DNA of 64,000 nucleotides from an uncultured Chlamydiae bacterium (GTDB lineage Bacteria; Chlamydiota; Chlamydiia; Chlamydiales; Rhabdochlamydiaceae): NCBI GenBank assembly GCA_963718715.1, contig OY970369.1, positions 166,302 to 230,301 of the forward strand, read 5' to 3'. Shown piece by piece: positions 54,762 to 64,000 of this stretch (position 1 is its first letter; each line of letters starts with the position of its first letter). The notes under the pieces were generated by a model. It saw only the letters and a program-made list of their open reading frames with translations, ran no database searches and was not told where the DNA came from. The position numbers and the translations under genes were made by a program.

Positions 54762-54928
54762 TTTATTTTTTAATCTGTGTGGAATGGATGTAACTCTCTA
54801 AGAATAAATGGCTTTTTCACGGTCCCGCCTCTGTTTATTCAGGAGAAATCGCCCATTCGGCCTTTCCTTTCCTTGTTTTGATTTGTTTGCTTTGTTATGA
54901 TCACTGATATTTTAAATTAAGGTTAGTT

Positions 54929-55906
54929 ATGGGATTGTTTTCTCGTCATAAACCGAAAATTAAAGTGCAGACGACGAAAAAAGACGGCTATAGCGGATGG
55001 GTTAAGTGCACCCATTGCCATGAGCTCGTCCATGCCAATGAATTGCAGCAGAATCAGCATTGCTGTCCCAAATGCAACTACCATTACCGCTTGTCGGCAA
55101 CGCAGCGCGTGCATCTCTTGGTCGACGAGGGGTCCTTTGTTGAGCTTTTTACAGAATTTAAACCGTTGGATCCCCTTCAATTTGTCGATCTGGAGGCCTA
55201 TGAAAATCGGCTTCAAAGCGCCCAAAAAAAATCGGGGCGCGATGAGGGCGCGATGGTGGGCACCTGCACATTAAACGGGTTGCCGGTTGCTCTGGGCGTG
55301 CTCGATTTTAGCTTCATGGCGGGATCGATGGGATCTGTGGTTGGAGAGAGGCTAACGGCGCTGACAGAGTATGCCAAGGAGAATCTTTTGCCCCTCATCC
55401 TGATTTCCGCATCAGGAGGAGCGCGGATGCAAGAATCGATCTTATCCCTCATGCAAATGGCCAAAACCGCCGCCGCTCTCGCCCAATTTCATGATGCAGG
55501 GCTCCCTTATATTTCCGTGCTCACCAATCCGACGACAGGCGGGGTGACCGCCTCTTTTGCGACGCTAGGCGACATCATCCTCGCCGAGCCAGATGCGCTG
55601 ATCGGATTTGCAGGGCCGCGCGTTGTCGAGCAGTGTATTGGGCAGAAGCTGCCGCCCGGTGCGCAGAAATCGGAGTTTCTTCTCGAAAAGGGAATGATTG
55701 ATTGCATTGTTAACAGGCATGAATTAAAAGAGAAGCTGTCTTTATTGATCGAGTTTTTAACCGGCAACGATCGCCCTTACCGAGAGGCTTCCGCTTTTCG
55801 TGTGTTGTATGGGCAGTCTTTAGATAAATTGCCTCAGAGATTAAAAGAGTTAATGGCATTAGCAGAAGAGGAAGAGGTTCAAGAAGCCGTTTATGGAAGA
55901 GATTGA
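54929..55906 (+). CDS. accD: Acetyl-CoA carboxylase carboxyltransferase beta subunit
   Basis: The zinc ribbon is CTHCH…CPKCNYH. The CT domain carries [11 protein letters not shown] and SGGARMQE. Confidence 0.95.
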   Translation: MGLFSRHKPKIKVQTTKKDGYSGWVKCTHCHELVHANELQQNQHCCPKCNYHYRLSATQRVHLLVDEGSFVELFTEFKPLDPLQFVDLEAYENRLQSAQKKSGRDEGAMVGTCTLNGLPVALGVLDFSFMAGSMGSVVGERLTALTEYAKENLLPLILISASGGARMQESILSLMQMAKTAAALAQFHDAGLPYISVLTNPTTGGVTASFATLGDIILAEPDALIGFAGPRVVEQCIGQKLPPGAQKSEFLLEKGMIDCIVNRHELKEKLSLLIEFLTGNDRPYREASAFRVLYGQSLDKLPQRLKELMALAEEEEVQEAVYGRD

Positions 55907-56336
55907 AGTTCCAACCCTTGCTGAAAGCGATGATTTTTTACCTCGCTATGCTTCCGAGCTGGCTGCGGGGGCAGACGTGCGAGCCTGTATCAAAGAGGAG
56001 GTTGTCCTCGAACCGGGCGCGTCCCTCCTCATTCCAACAGGATTGCGTGTAGCGATTCCAGCAGGCTATGAAATCCAAGTGAGGCCGCGCAGCGGTCTTG
56101 CTCTAAAACATCAGATCACCGTCCTGAATACTCCTGGGACGATCGATGCGGATTATCGCGGCGAGGTGGGTGTGATTCTCATCAACCACGGCAAAAATCC
56201 TTTTATCGTTACCCCGGGCCTGCGCATTGCGCAGATTGTGTTAGCCCCCGTCCTGCGCGCAAAATATGTCCGCGAGGAGGCTCTATTAATCACTGCACGT
56301 GGAGAAGGTGGATTTGGCCATACTGGCACGCATTAA
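55893..56336 (+). CDS. dut: dUTP diphosphatase
   Basis: Matching segments are [29 protein letters not shown] and [10 protein letters not shown]. Confidence 0.93.
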   Translation: MEEIEVPTLAESDDFLPRYASELAAGADVRACIKEEVVLEPGASLLIPTGLRVAIPAGYEIQVRPRSGLALKHQITVLNTPGTIDADYRGEVGVILINHGKNPFIVTPGLRIAQIVLAPVLRAKYVREEALLITARGEGGFGHTGTH

Positions 56337-56382
56337 TCACCAGATCAGCGATCTGTGTAAATTTTTTAAGAAAGGAGAAAGT

Positions 56383-56832
56383 GTGGCGATATCCAATTAT
56401 TTGGACGCACGTCTGGTCTTGTTTTTGGATGTAGAAAATCGCGATGCTGCCCTCAGCGCACTTGTGCATGCATTGGACGGTGCGGGCAAATTGCGTGATA
56501 AGAATTTTTTTTATCATGCCATTTTGGAGCGGGAAAAAATCGTTTCGACGGGCATCGGCATCGGCGTGGCGATTCCCCATGCCAAGTTATCTGGATATGA
56601 AGATTTTTTTATCGCCGTAGGGATCCAGAAAAAACGGGGCATCGAGTGGAATGCATTGGACGGTTCTCTTGTCCGCTTGATTTTTATGATTGGGGGGCCT
56701 GAAAATAAGCAAACAGAATATTTGAAAATTTTGTCCCGTCTAACCATGGCTATTAAGGACGAAGAGCGGCGCAAGAAATTGCTTAAAGCGATATCGCCAC
56801 AGCAAGTGATCGACTTATTTGAGGGGTGCTAA
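56383..56832 (+). CDS. ptsN: PTS EIIA(Ntr)-type regulatory protein
   Basis: RE.IVSTGIGIGVAIPHAKL carries the phosphorylatable His. The start was set at GTG 56383, preceded by AAAGGAG at 5 nt. The track's 56299 start overlaps dut. Confidence 0.8.
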   Translation: MAISNYLDARLVLFLDVENRDAALSALVHALDGAGKLRDKNFFYHAILEREKIVSTGIGIGVAIPHAKLSGYEDFFIAVGIQKKRGIEWNALDGSLVRLIFMIGGPENKQTEYLKILSRLTMAIKDEERRKKLLKAISPQQVIDLFEGC

Positions 56833-57560
56833 TGGATCTTAAAATAAAAGATGTTGCCGAGTTGTTAAATGTCTCTGAAACGACGATCCGCCGTTGGTTA
56901 GCCGACGGAAAGATTCCCGCCTACCGGATGAGCCACCAGTATCGCTTTAGCCGCATCGAGATTGAGAACTGGATGATGAGCTGCAGGCTTAAACAATCGG
57001 ATGCCGATTTTCCCTTTGCTCAAGATCAAATTTATCCCCTGCCTGAAAAAGACCAAGAGCCCGTTTCCCAAAGAGGAGGGATGCAGCAGTTTAGCTTGTA
57101 TCGAGCTATCCATAAAGGAGCTGTGCTCACCCAGGTTGCCGGACAGACAAAAGAGGAGATCATTCGCGGGACGATGAAGCTGGTCGCGCCGCGCCTCGGA
57201 TTGGATCCCGATGTCCTTTCGGAACTTCTCCTAGATCGGGAAAAATTGATGCCGACAGCGCTCAATCATGGGATCGCCGTACCCCATACCCGCGATTTTC
57301 TCTTGCAAGGCCCTGTCGATATGATCGTCGTCGTTTTCCCCTTTGAACCTATCGAATATGGAGCTTTAGACGGCAAGCCGGTGCACACCTTATTTTTCCT
57401 GTTTTCCACCGCGGATAAGCGCCACCTCCATCTCTTAGCGAAACTCGCCCACCTCAGCAGCAATCCAGAAGCTCTTCAGCTGCTGCAAACGAGGCCCTCG
57501 CGTAAAAAACTTCTTGAATACATCCGCGAATGGGAATCTAAACTCAGAGATTGCCGTTAA
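56832..57560 (+). CDS. Fusion of an excisionase/MerR-type HTH with a PTS EIIA(Ntr) domain
   Basis: The N-terminus is IKDVAELLNVSETTIRRWLADGKIPAYRM. The C-terminal EIIA has LNHGIAVPHTRD. The ATG overlaps the upstream stop (TAATG). Confidence 0.8.
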   Translation: MDLKIKDVAELLNVSETTIRRWLADGKIPAYRMSHQYRFSRIEIENWMMSCRLKQSDADFPFAQDQIYPLPEKDQEPVSQRGGMQQFSLYRAIHKGAVLTQVAGQTKEEIIRGTMKLVAPRLGLDPDVLSELLLDREKLMPTALNHGIAVPHTRDFLLQGPVDMIVVVFPFEPIEYGALDGKPVHTLFFLFSTADKRHLHLLAKLAHLSSNPEALQLLQTRPSRKKLLEYIREWESKLRDCR

Positions 57561-57662
57561 GAAGCTGTACTAAAACCAAGCTTCTGAGAGACTATCGCTT
57601 GCATATTTAGACATCGCAAGGTATCGTGTATAACTTTTAGTATCGTTGTACCTAAGGGGCAT

Positions 57663-59117
57663 ATGGCAAAAGGCTTGTTTGCAAAAAAATCGATTCAGTC
57701 CTTAATAGATGAGGCTTCAGATGAGCGTCATGGACTGAAGCGTACATTAGGAGCCAAAAGCCTAACGGCAATGGGCGTCGGCGCCATTATCGGAGCCGGG
57801 ATCTTTGTCTTAACGGGCCAGGCGGCAGCGGAGTATGCTGGGCCTGCCGTCACGATTTCTCTTGCCATCGCCGCATTGATTTGCGTCTTTGCCGCTCTTT
57901 GCTATGCCGAATTTGCTTCGATGATCCCCATTTCGGGAAGCTCGTATTCCTACGCCTATGCTTCTATGGGAGAATTTGCAGCTTGGGTGATCGGATGCAG
58001 CTTGACTTTAGAATACTTGTTTTCGGCGGCAACAGTGGCGGTGGGATGGTCGGGATATGCGGCGAGCTTCTTAAAAGATCTCGGCATTGTTATCCCCGCT
58101 TACTTATCCAACGCTCCGCTGATGTACGATGCTAAATTGGGCTGGGAGCTGAGCGGCGCCCTGATCAACTTGCCCGCGATGTTTATCGTCGCCGTCATCG
58201 GCACGATGATCGCCATCGGGATCAAAGCGGCTGCCCGCTTTAACAACATCATGGTCTTCATCAAAATGTTGGTGATCGTTCTTTTCATTGGCTGCGGGAT
58301 CGCCTATATCCAGGCCGACAATCTGCATCCCTTTATTCCAGAAAACACGGGAGTGTTCGGACAGTTTGGATGGAGCGGGATTTTGCGGGGAGCCGGGCTT
58401 GTGTTTTTTGCCTTCATCGGATTTGATGCTCTTTCGACCCTCGCGCAAGAATCGCGCAACCCTCAAAAGGATTTGCCTTTGGGAATGCTCGGATCTCTCG
58501 GGATTTCCACTCTTGTCTATATCATCCTCGCCATCGTTCTAACGGGGATCGTGAGCTATCAGCTCCTCTTCGTTCCCGATCCTCTGGCTGTCGCCGTCGA
58601 TGCATTAGGGCCTAACTTTCTCTGGCTCCGCTTTGTATTGAAGATCGCTATCCTAGCAGGGTTGACGTCGGTCGTTCTCGTCATGCTGCTGGGACAAACG
58701 CGCATTTTCTATACCATGGCCCAAGACGGGCTCCTTCCGCAGCGCTTCGGCAAGATCCATCCTAAGCTGTGCACTCCCCTTTTTAGCACCGTTTTGCTCT
58801 CTATCGTGTGCATGGTCGTCTCCGGCCTGTTCCCCGTCAGCATCCTCGGCAATATTGTCTCCATGGGGACCTTGCTCGTGTTTGGCATCGTCTGTTTTGG
58901 GGTGTTGCTCTTGCGCTACATGCAACCTAACCTCAAGCGCCCCTTTAAAACGCCTTTGTTTCCCTTGGTTCCCCTTCTCGGCACGTTAGCCTGTATCACA
59001 CAGATGCTTTTCTTTCCGGGGGTCACTTGGCTGCAGCTTTTGGGGTGGATGATCTTAGGGACGATTGTCTATTTTCTCTATGGTCAAAAGCATAGCCGAG
59101 TCCACGCTCAGAAATAA
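57663..59117 (+). CDS. APC-superfamily amino-acid permease (cationic amino-acid transporter-like)
   Basis: 484 aa with about 12 or more transmembrane segments. The N-terminal GVGAIIGAGIFVLTG and FAFIGFDA motifs are present. Confidence 0.88.
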   Translation: MAKGLFAKKSIQSLIDEASDERHGLKRTLGAKSLTAMGVGAIIGAGIFVLTGQAAAEYAGPAVTISLAIAALICVFAALCYAEFASMIPISGSSYSYAYASMGEFAAWVIGCSLTLEYLFSAATVAVGWSGYAASFLKDLGIVIPAYLSNAPLMYDAKLGWELSGALINLPAMFIVAVIGTMIAIGIKAAARFNNIMVFIKMLVIVLFIGCGIAYIQADNLHPFIPENTGVFGQFGWSGILRGAGLVFFAFIGFDALSTLAQESRNPQKDLPLGMLGSLGISTLVYIILAIVLTGIVSYQLLFVPDPLAVAVDALGPNFLWLRFVLKIAILAGLTSVVLVMLLGQTRIFYTMAQDGLLPQRFGKIHPKLCTPLFSTVLLSIVCMVVSGLFPVSILGNIVSMGTLLVFGIVCFGVLLLRYMQPNLKRPFKTPLFPLVPLLGTLACITQMLFFPGVTWLQLLGWMILGTIVYFLYGQKHSRVHAQK

Positions 59118-60328
59118 CTCCCTCCGAGCGCTTGGATGAGGTTTAGGGTAGAGACAAGGCGGCGGTATTGCAATTCCACATCGATCAGCCTCTGCTCGAG
59201 AAGCTCTTTTTCAGCCTGCAGTACGGGTAAATAACCGCTAGCGCCTTGAGTGAAGCGAAAAAAGGCGAGAGCATAATTTTGGCGGGCCGCGCCCAAGGCC
59301 TGGGTTTGGAGGTGGACCTGGTCATTGACGAAGCGCAAAACGCTCAGATGTTCAGCGGCCTCCCTCGCAGCGCGCAGCAAGAGTTCGCGGTATTCATACA
59401 CCGCTTCCTTATAATGGATCGCCTGCATGCTTAAAGGAGCCTTCAAACGCCCCGCAGCAAAGATAGGAAGGTGGATCGCCGGCGTGCACGCATCCGTTTT
59501 CCGATCCTTAGGAATGAACTTTTTCAGAAAGAGACTCTCTAGCCCCCCTGATGCGAGGATATCGACATTGGGATAGAAATCTACCTGAACCGCTCCTACT
59601 CCTCTAGCGGCCAACTCCAGCCTTTCGATGTGGACCATCAGATCCGGCCTGCGCGCCAGAAGATCCGCGCCTATTTTTTCCGGCATCGGAAAGGAGGGAA
59701 GCAAAGAGGGCTTTACTCCTTCGACCCCTGGTACTGGTGGTACTAGCGCATTCAATTGCCCTGTATGCGCTGCGATCTTTTGCTCTAAATCGAGGCATTG
59801 CTTTTCGATCTCTACAATCTCTTGCGACATCTGCAGGAGTTCTATTTCCCGTTGGGCATAGCCAGCTTGAGTCAGCTTGAGCAGGGCGGTGCGCTGGTTT
59901 TTGATCTCTTGGAGGAGGGTGCGTTTGAGAAGATCTGCTTGGATAGTGAAATAAGTGTGGGCGACAGCGATGCTTAAAATCAGCGCCGTTTGTGCATGTT
60001 CTACAAAACCCGCTTTTTCGCCCAAGGCGGTGCGGAACCTCTCTCGATTTCTCTTCCAAAAGGCGAATTCGTAGGCGAAACAGAGATCTGTCCGCTCGAT
60101 TTTCGCTTCCGTCTCTTCCATAGAGGGATTGCCTCGAAGAGCGCTCTGCGTGAACCGATCTAATTCAGGATCGCCGCCCCTTTTCCACCATTCCGCAGGC
60201 GGCCATTCTTCTGAGCGGATCGGGGCGCTTACCATCGTGAGAGGGGGAGCGTGTGTCGGAGCCGATTCTCGCGCACACCCATTGAAAAGCAATGCAAGGA
60301 TCAGCGGCAACAAGAGGTATCTCATCAT
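59108..60328 (-). CDS. Outer-membrane efflux lipoprotein, TolC/NodT family (short)
   Basis: The lipobox is LLFNGC, and the start was set at MMRYLLL. OMF-like repeats include DFYPNVDI and LNLIQALGGSYF. It is about 50 aa shorter than typical NodT proteins near the first repeat. Confidence 0.7.
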   Translation of the reverse strand: MMRYLLLPLILALLFNGCARESAPTHAPPLTMVSAPIRSEEWPPAEWWKRGGDPELDRFTQSALRGNPSMEETEAKIERTDLCFAYEFAFWKRNRERFRTALGEKAGFVEHAQTALILSIAVAHTYFTIQADLLKRTLLQEIKNQRTALLKLTQAGYAQREIELLQMSQEIVEIEKQCLDLEQKIAAHTGQLNALVPPVPGVEGVKPSLLPSFPMPEKIGADLLARRPDLMVHIERLELAARGVGAVQVDFYPNVDILASGGLESLFLKKFIPKDRKTDACTPAIHLPIFAAGRLKAPLSMQAIHYKEAVYEYRELLLRAAREAAEHLSVLRFVNDQVHLQTQALGAARQNYALAFFRFTQGASGYLPVLQAEKELLEQRLIDVELQYRRLVSTLNLIQALGGSYF

Positions 60329-60357
60329 ACCCTTCCATAAATCAACCGCCGATTTTC

Positions 60358-61413
60358 CTAAATGGAAATCATGCCGCCCCCGAGGCAGATCTCTTGGTTG
60401 TAGAAGACGATCGACTGGCGGGGGGTGATGGCGCGCTGCGGTTTTGCAAACTCCACCCAGGCGCGCCCTTCTTCGAGGCGGGTGATGAGACACTCTTGAT
60501 CGCTTTGCCGATAGCGAATCTTTGCTTGGCAGCGGTAGGGAAGGGGAGAGGGGGGGACTCCTGAGACCCAGCTTAGGTCGGTAGCGGTTAGAGCGCTTTG
60601 GAACAATGCCGGGTGGTTCTCCCCTTGTTCAACGAGCACGACGTTTCTCGCCATGTCTTTGCCGACGACAAACCACGCTTCCCCGGGACCGCCGATGGCT
60701 AGGCCTTTCCTCTGGCCGATCGTGTAGTAGGCAGCTCCTTCATGGCGCCCAATGATGTCGCCTTGCAAATTTTCAAAGTTGCCGCTGTGATAGGGGATGT
60801 AGCGGCTCACGAATTCTTTAAAATCGCGCTTGCCGATGAAGCAAATGCCCGTGCTGTCTTTTTTGTGCGAAGTGGCAAGCCCAGCTTCTCGGGCGATTTT
60901 GCGCACGGTCGATTTTTCCATCCCGCCGATGGGGAAGAGCACCTTTTGAAGGGACTTCTGCGTTAACGTGTAGAGGAAATAGCTTTGGTCTTTGCCTGGA
61001 TCGGCCCCTTTTAACAGCTGCAGCTGTTCATTCGTTTGGCAATAGTGTCCGGTTGCGAGATAATCGGCTCCCAGGCTTAAGGCCTTTTCTAAAAAAAGTT
61101 TAAATTTGATTTCCCGATTGCACAGGATATCCGGGTTGGGAGTATAGCCCAGCTTGAGCTCATTTAAAAAATGGCTAAAGACGAAATCCCAGTACTCTTG
61201 GACAAAATTCACCGAATAGCAGGGGATGCCGATCTGCCGGCATACGTTGACGACGTCTTCGTATTCCTGGGAGGCTTTGCAGACGCCCTGATCGTTTTCC
61301 TCCTCCCAATTTTTCATGAACAGGCCGATTACCTCATACCCGCTCTTTTTCAAGAGGAGAGCGGATACCGAGGAGTCGACCCCGCCAGACATGCCCACCA
61401 CAACCGTTTTCAT
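60358..61413 (-). CDS. mnmA: tRNA 2-thiouridine(34) synthase
   Basis: The PP-loop is [25 protein letters not shown] and GICFIG are also present. Confidence 0.95.
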   Translation of the reverse strand: MKTVVVGMSGGVDSSVSALLLKKSGYEVIGLFMKNWEEENDQGVCKASQEYEDVVNVCRQIGIPCYSVNFVQEYWDFVFSHFLNELKLGYTPNPDILCNREIKFKLFLEKALSLGADYLATGHYCQTNEQLQLLKGADPGKDQSYFLYTLTQKSLQKVLFPIGGMEKSTVRKIAREAGLATSHKKDSTGICFIGKRDFKEFVSRYIPYHSGNFENLQGDIIGRHEGAAYYTIGQRKGLAIGGPGEAWFVVGKDMARNVVLVEQGENHPALFQSALTATDLSWVSGVPPSPLPYRCQAKIRYRQSDQECLITRLEEGRAWVEFAKPQRAITPRQSIVFYNQEICLGGGMISI

Positions 61414-61450
61414 GAAACTATTATAAATGAACTATGTTAAAAGGATGTAG

Positions 61451-62119
61451 ATGGAAAAATTAATACAGATCCCGGCGGGGAGGGTGGTTTTAGAGGGAGA
61501 TCTCCAAGTTCCTCCTGATCCTAAAGGAATTATTTTATTTGCGCATGGGAGCGGCAGCAGCCGCCACAGCCCGCGCAACCAGTATGTCGCGCGCGTTCTG
61601 TATGAAGGGGGGCTGGTTACCTTGTTGATTGATCTGCTCACTCTCGAAGAGGAGCGGATCGATGAGCGCACCCGCCGCTTGCGCTTTGATATCGCTCTTT
61701 TAGCGGATAGGCTGGTTGCCGTCACGGATTGGATGGCGCAAGAGGAAGAGGTGAAGCGGCTGCAGGTGGGCTATTTTGGAGCGAGCACGGGCGCGGCGGC
61801 GGCGTTGGTAGCTGCGTCTAAGCGTCCCAACGGCGTGCGCGCTGTGGTTTCCAGGGGAGGTCGGCCCGATCTAGCGGAATCCGCTTTGCCGCGGGTTTTA
61901 GCGCCGACGCTGCTTCTTGTTGGCGGGGAAGATGGGGTTGTCATAGAACTCAACGAACAGGCCATGCAGCAGCTCGTGTGCGAAAAGAAGTTGTCGATTA
62001 TCCCGAGGGCTACCCATCTCTTTGAGGAGCCTGGAACGCTGGAGGAGGTGGCGAGGCTCGCTCTAGCGTGGTTTCAGGAGCATTTCAATACACCCTCTTC
62101 GGCTCTTGAGGCCCCATGA
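61451..62119 (+). CDS. Dienelactone-hydrolase-like alpha/beta hydrolase
   Basis: Matching segments are [16 protein letters not shown], the nucleophile elbow [10 protein letters not shown] and C-terminal [10 protein letters not shown]. Confidence 0.8.
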   Translation: MEKLIQIPAGRVVLEGDLQVPPDPKGIILFAHGSGSSRHSPRNQYVARVLYEGGLVTLLIDLLTLEEERIDERTRRLRFDIALLADRLVAVTDWMAQEEEVKRLQVGYFGASTGAAAALVAASKRPNGVRAVVSRGGRPDLAESALPRVLAPTLLLVGGEDGVVIELNEQAMQQLVCEKKLSIIPRATHLFEEPGTLEEVARLALAWFQEHFNTPSSALEAP

Positions 62120-64000
62120 TCGCCAAGTTATCCTTGGCATCGTGCGGCGGAGGCTGTTGATCGATGAAGACGATCTTGTCGTCTTGTACGGTAATGAGCC
62201 AATTGCCCCCTTTGCCGGGGTTGAGCAGGAGCTTTTCCGATAGAGGATCTTCTAGGAATTGTTCGATCACGCGGCGCAAGGGGCGCGCGCCCATTTCCGG
62301 CTGGAACCCTTTGGTGACGAGCAGATCCTTGGCTTTTTGATCGAGAGAGATGTGGATGTTTTTTCGCTCCAGGCGAGTCTGTACTTTGACCACTTCGAGA
62401 TCGATGACTTGAAGCAGATGGGCGCGGTCGAGAGGGCGGAAGATGACGATCCCATCCAGACGGTTGAGGAATTCTGGCTTGAACCCTTTTTTAACGGCGC
62501 CGTCGATTTTCTCTTGCATCGACTTGAAGTCGGGCATTCCTTCTGTAGCGGCGAAGCCGACCTCGGAAGATTTCCGAATCAAATCGGCTCCGAGGTTGGA
62601 GGTCATGATGACGATCGTATTGCGGAAATCGATCCTGCGCCCAAAGGAATCGGTGAGCCGCCCCTCTTCGAGAATTTGGAGGAGGAGATTCATCACATCG
62701 GGGTGGGCTTTTTCGACCTCGTCGAAGAGAACGACGCAATAGGGGCGCTGACGGACTTGCTCAGTGAGCTGCCCTCCCTCTTCATGCCCTACGTAGCCAG
62801 GAGGAGAACCGGTCATCCGGCTAATGGCAAATTTCTCCATGTATTCGGACATGTCGACTTGGATGAGGGAGTCTTCTCCTCCGAACATATGGATGGCGAG
62901 CTGTTTGGCGAGCAGCGTTTTGCCCACGCCTGTCGGCCCCAAGAATAGGAAGGCTCCGATGGGGCGGTTAGGATCTTTGATATCGGCTCTGCTGCGGCGG
63001 ATGGCCCTGCAGACGACGCTGAGCGCTTCGTCTTGGCCGATGATATTGCCTTTAAGCGCCTCTTCCATTTTCAGCACTTTTGCGGTTTCCCCTTCCGTTA
63101 ACCGGGTGAGAGGAATGCCTGTCTGCTTCGCGACGATGCTAGCGACTTCCTCCTCATCGACGATCACCTGATGCTCTTCTTTATTGCTTTCCCATTCGGA
63201 TTTAATCTTTTGCAACTGCTCTCTTAAGGTTTTTTCTTTGTCGCGGAGCTTGGCGGCTTTTTCGTATTCTTGTTTGCCGATCGCCTCTTCTTTGGCGACG
63301 CGGACCTCTTCGATCTCCATCTCATGCTTGGTGATGTCTTGAGGCTGGTGCATCATGGCAATGCGCGCTTTTGCGCCCGCTTCATCGAGCAGGTCGATCG
63401 CTTTGTCGGGTAAAAATCTGCCCGCGATGTAGCGATCGGAAAGGAAAACGGCGCCTTTGATCGCTGCATCTGTGTAAATGCATTTGTGGTGTTCTTCATA
63501 CTTTGCCTTTAAGCCGAGCAGAATGGCGGTTGTCTCCTCTAAAGAGGGAGGGGCGACGAGAATTTTTTGGAATCGCCTTTCGAGCGCCGCATCTTTTTCG
63601 ATGTGCTTGCGGTATTCGTCGATCGTCGTGGCGCCGATGCACTGGATTTCGCCGCGCGAGAGCGCCGGTTTCAGGATGTTGGAAGCGTCGATAGCTCCTT
63701 CGGCGGCTCCTGCGCCGACGATCGTATGCAGTTCGTCGATGAAAAGGAGGATGTTTCCATTTTTTTTGATCTCGTCCATGACGGCTTTGATCCGCTCTTC
63801 AAACTGCCCGCGGTATTTTGTGCCCGCAATCATGAGGGTCAGATCTAGGGAAATGAGTTTCTTTTTCGACAGGTGGTCGGGGACTTCCCCTTTTACAATG
63901 GCCTGGGCGAGCCCTTCGACAATCGCCGTTTTGCCAACCCCCGCTTCGCCGATCAACACAGGGTTATTTTTTCTCCTGCGGCAAAGGATCAGGATGAGAC
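62085..64000 (-). CDS. clpC: ATP-dependent Clp protease ATP-binding subunit ClpC (N-terminus beyond the window edge)
   Basis: Two AAA+ modules are present (…[16 protein letters not shown] and [15 protein letters not shown]). A UVR-like linker ([13 protein letters not shown]) lies between them. The reading frame stays open to position 64000. Confidence 0.9.
   Translation of the reverse strand, partial: LILILCRRRKNNPVLIGEAGVGKTAIVEGLAQAIVKGEVPDHLSKKKLISLDLTLMIAGTKYRGQFEERIKAVMDEIKKNGNILLFIDELHTIVGAGAAEGAIDASNILKPALSRGEIQCIGATTIDEYRKHIEKDAALERRFQKILVAPPSLEETTAILLGLKAKYEEHHKCIYTDAAIKGAVFLSDRYIAGRFLPDKAIDLLDEAGAKARIAMMHQPQDITKHEMEIEEVRVAKEEAIGKQEYEKAAKLRDKEKTLREQLQKIKSEWESNKEEHQVIVDEEEVASIVAKQTGIPLTRLTEGETAKVLKMEEALKGNIIGQDEALSVVCRAIRRSRADIKDPNRPIGAFLFLGPTGVGKTLLAKQLAIHMFGGEDSLIQVDMSEYMEKFAISRMTGSPPGYVGHEEGGQLTEQVRQRPYCVVLFDEVEKAHPDVMNLLLQILEEGRLTDSFGRRIDFRNTIVIMTSNLGADLIRKSSEVGFAATEGMPDFKSMQEKIDGAVKKGFKPEFLNRLDGIVIFRPLDRAHLLQVIDLEVVKVQTRLERKNIHISLDQKAKDLLVTKGFQPEMGARPLRRVIEQFLEDPLSEKLLLNPGKGGNWLITVQDDKIVFIDQQPPPHDAKDNLAIMGPQEPKRVY

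Overview
This is a chromosomal window from an environmental (non-Chlamydiaceae) member of the Chlamydiota. Several features support that call. The 16S/23S/5S operon has no tRNA in its spacer. The window encodes the histone-like protein Hc1 (hctA), a SWIB-domain protein, LL-DAP aminotransferase (dapL) and an Inc-like protein with a bilobed hydrophobic domain. It also keeps the chlamydial synteny blocks sodA-accD-dut-ptsN-ptsN and mfd-alaS-tkt / amn / efp. Most of the window is densely packed housekeeping DNA: icd, kdsD, htpG, nadE, efp-epmA, mfd, alaS, tkt, rnc, radA, mnmA, clpC and five heme genes (hemE/F/Y/C/D).

Several accessory elements are embedded in it:
1. A visibly AT-rich two-gene island (about 42960-44870) encodes a fused XRE-HTH/ImmA (HExxH) peptidase and an overlapping PIN-like nuclease. 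This is the best candidate for a poorly described toxin-antitoxin or defence-type system.
2. A stand-alone, apparently intact IS200/IS605-type TnpB sits between hairpin ends, directly in front of a phosphatase gene.
3. A hicAB module lies beside an iteron-like 10-bp repeat array.
4. An operon pairs an archaeal-type adenylate kinase with an EEP-family nuclease/phosphatase.
5. A GT10 fucosyltransferase is translationally coupled to hemE.
6. Several orphan genes are candidate secreted or inclusion-membrane proteins. Three of them sit behind near-consensus TTGAC(T)/TTGAAA-N17/18-TATAAT promoters in short, very AT-rich tracts.
7. A family of long nested palindromic (MITE-like) intergenic repeats is present. 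Two copies carry their core in opposite orientation, and one copy has a second palindrome nested inside it. A 19-nt box (GTTTGTGGACAGTCTCTAA) abuts the Shine-Dalgarno sequence of two genes.

I saw no CRISPR array, no tRNA and no integrase. All calls come from reading the sequence and ORF translations by eye. No database search or numerical composition analysis was run, and RNA and repeat ends are approximate (about +/-10 nt).
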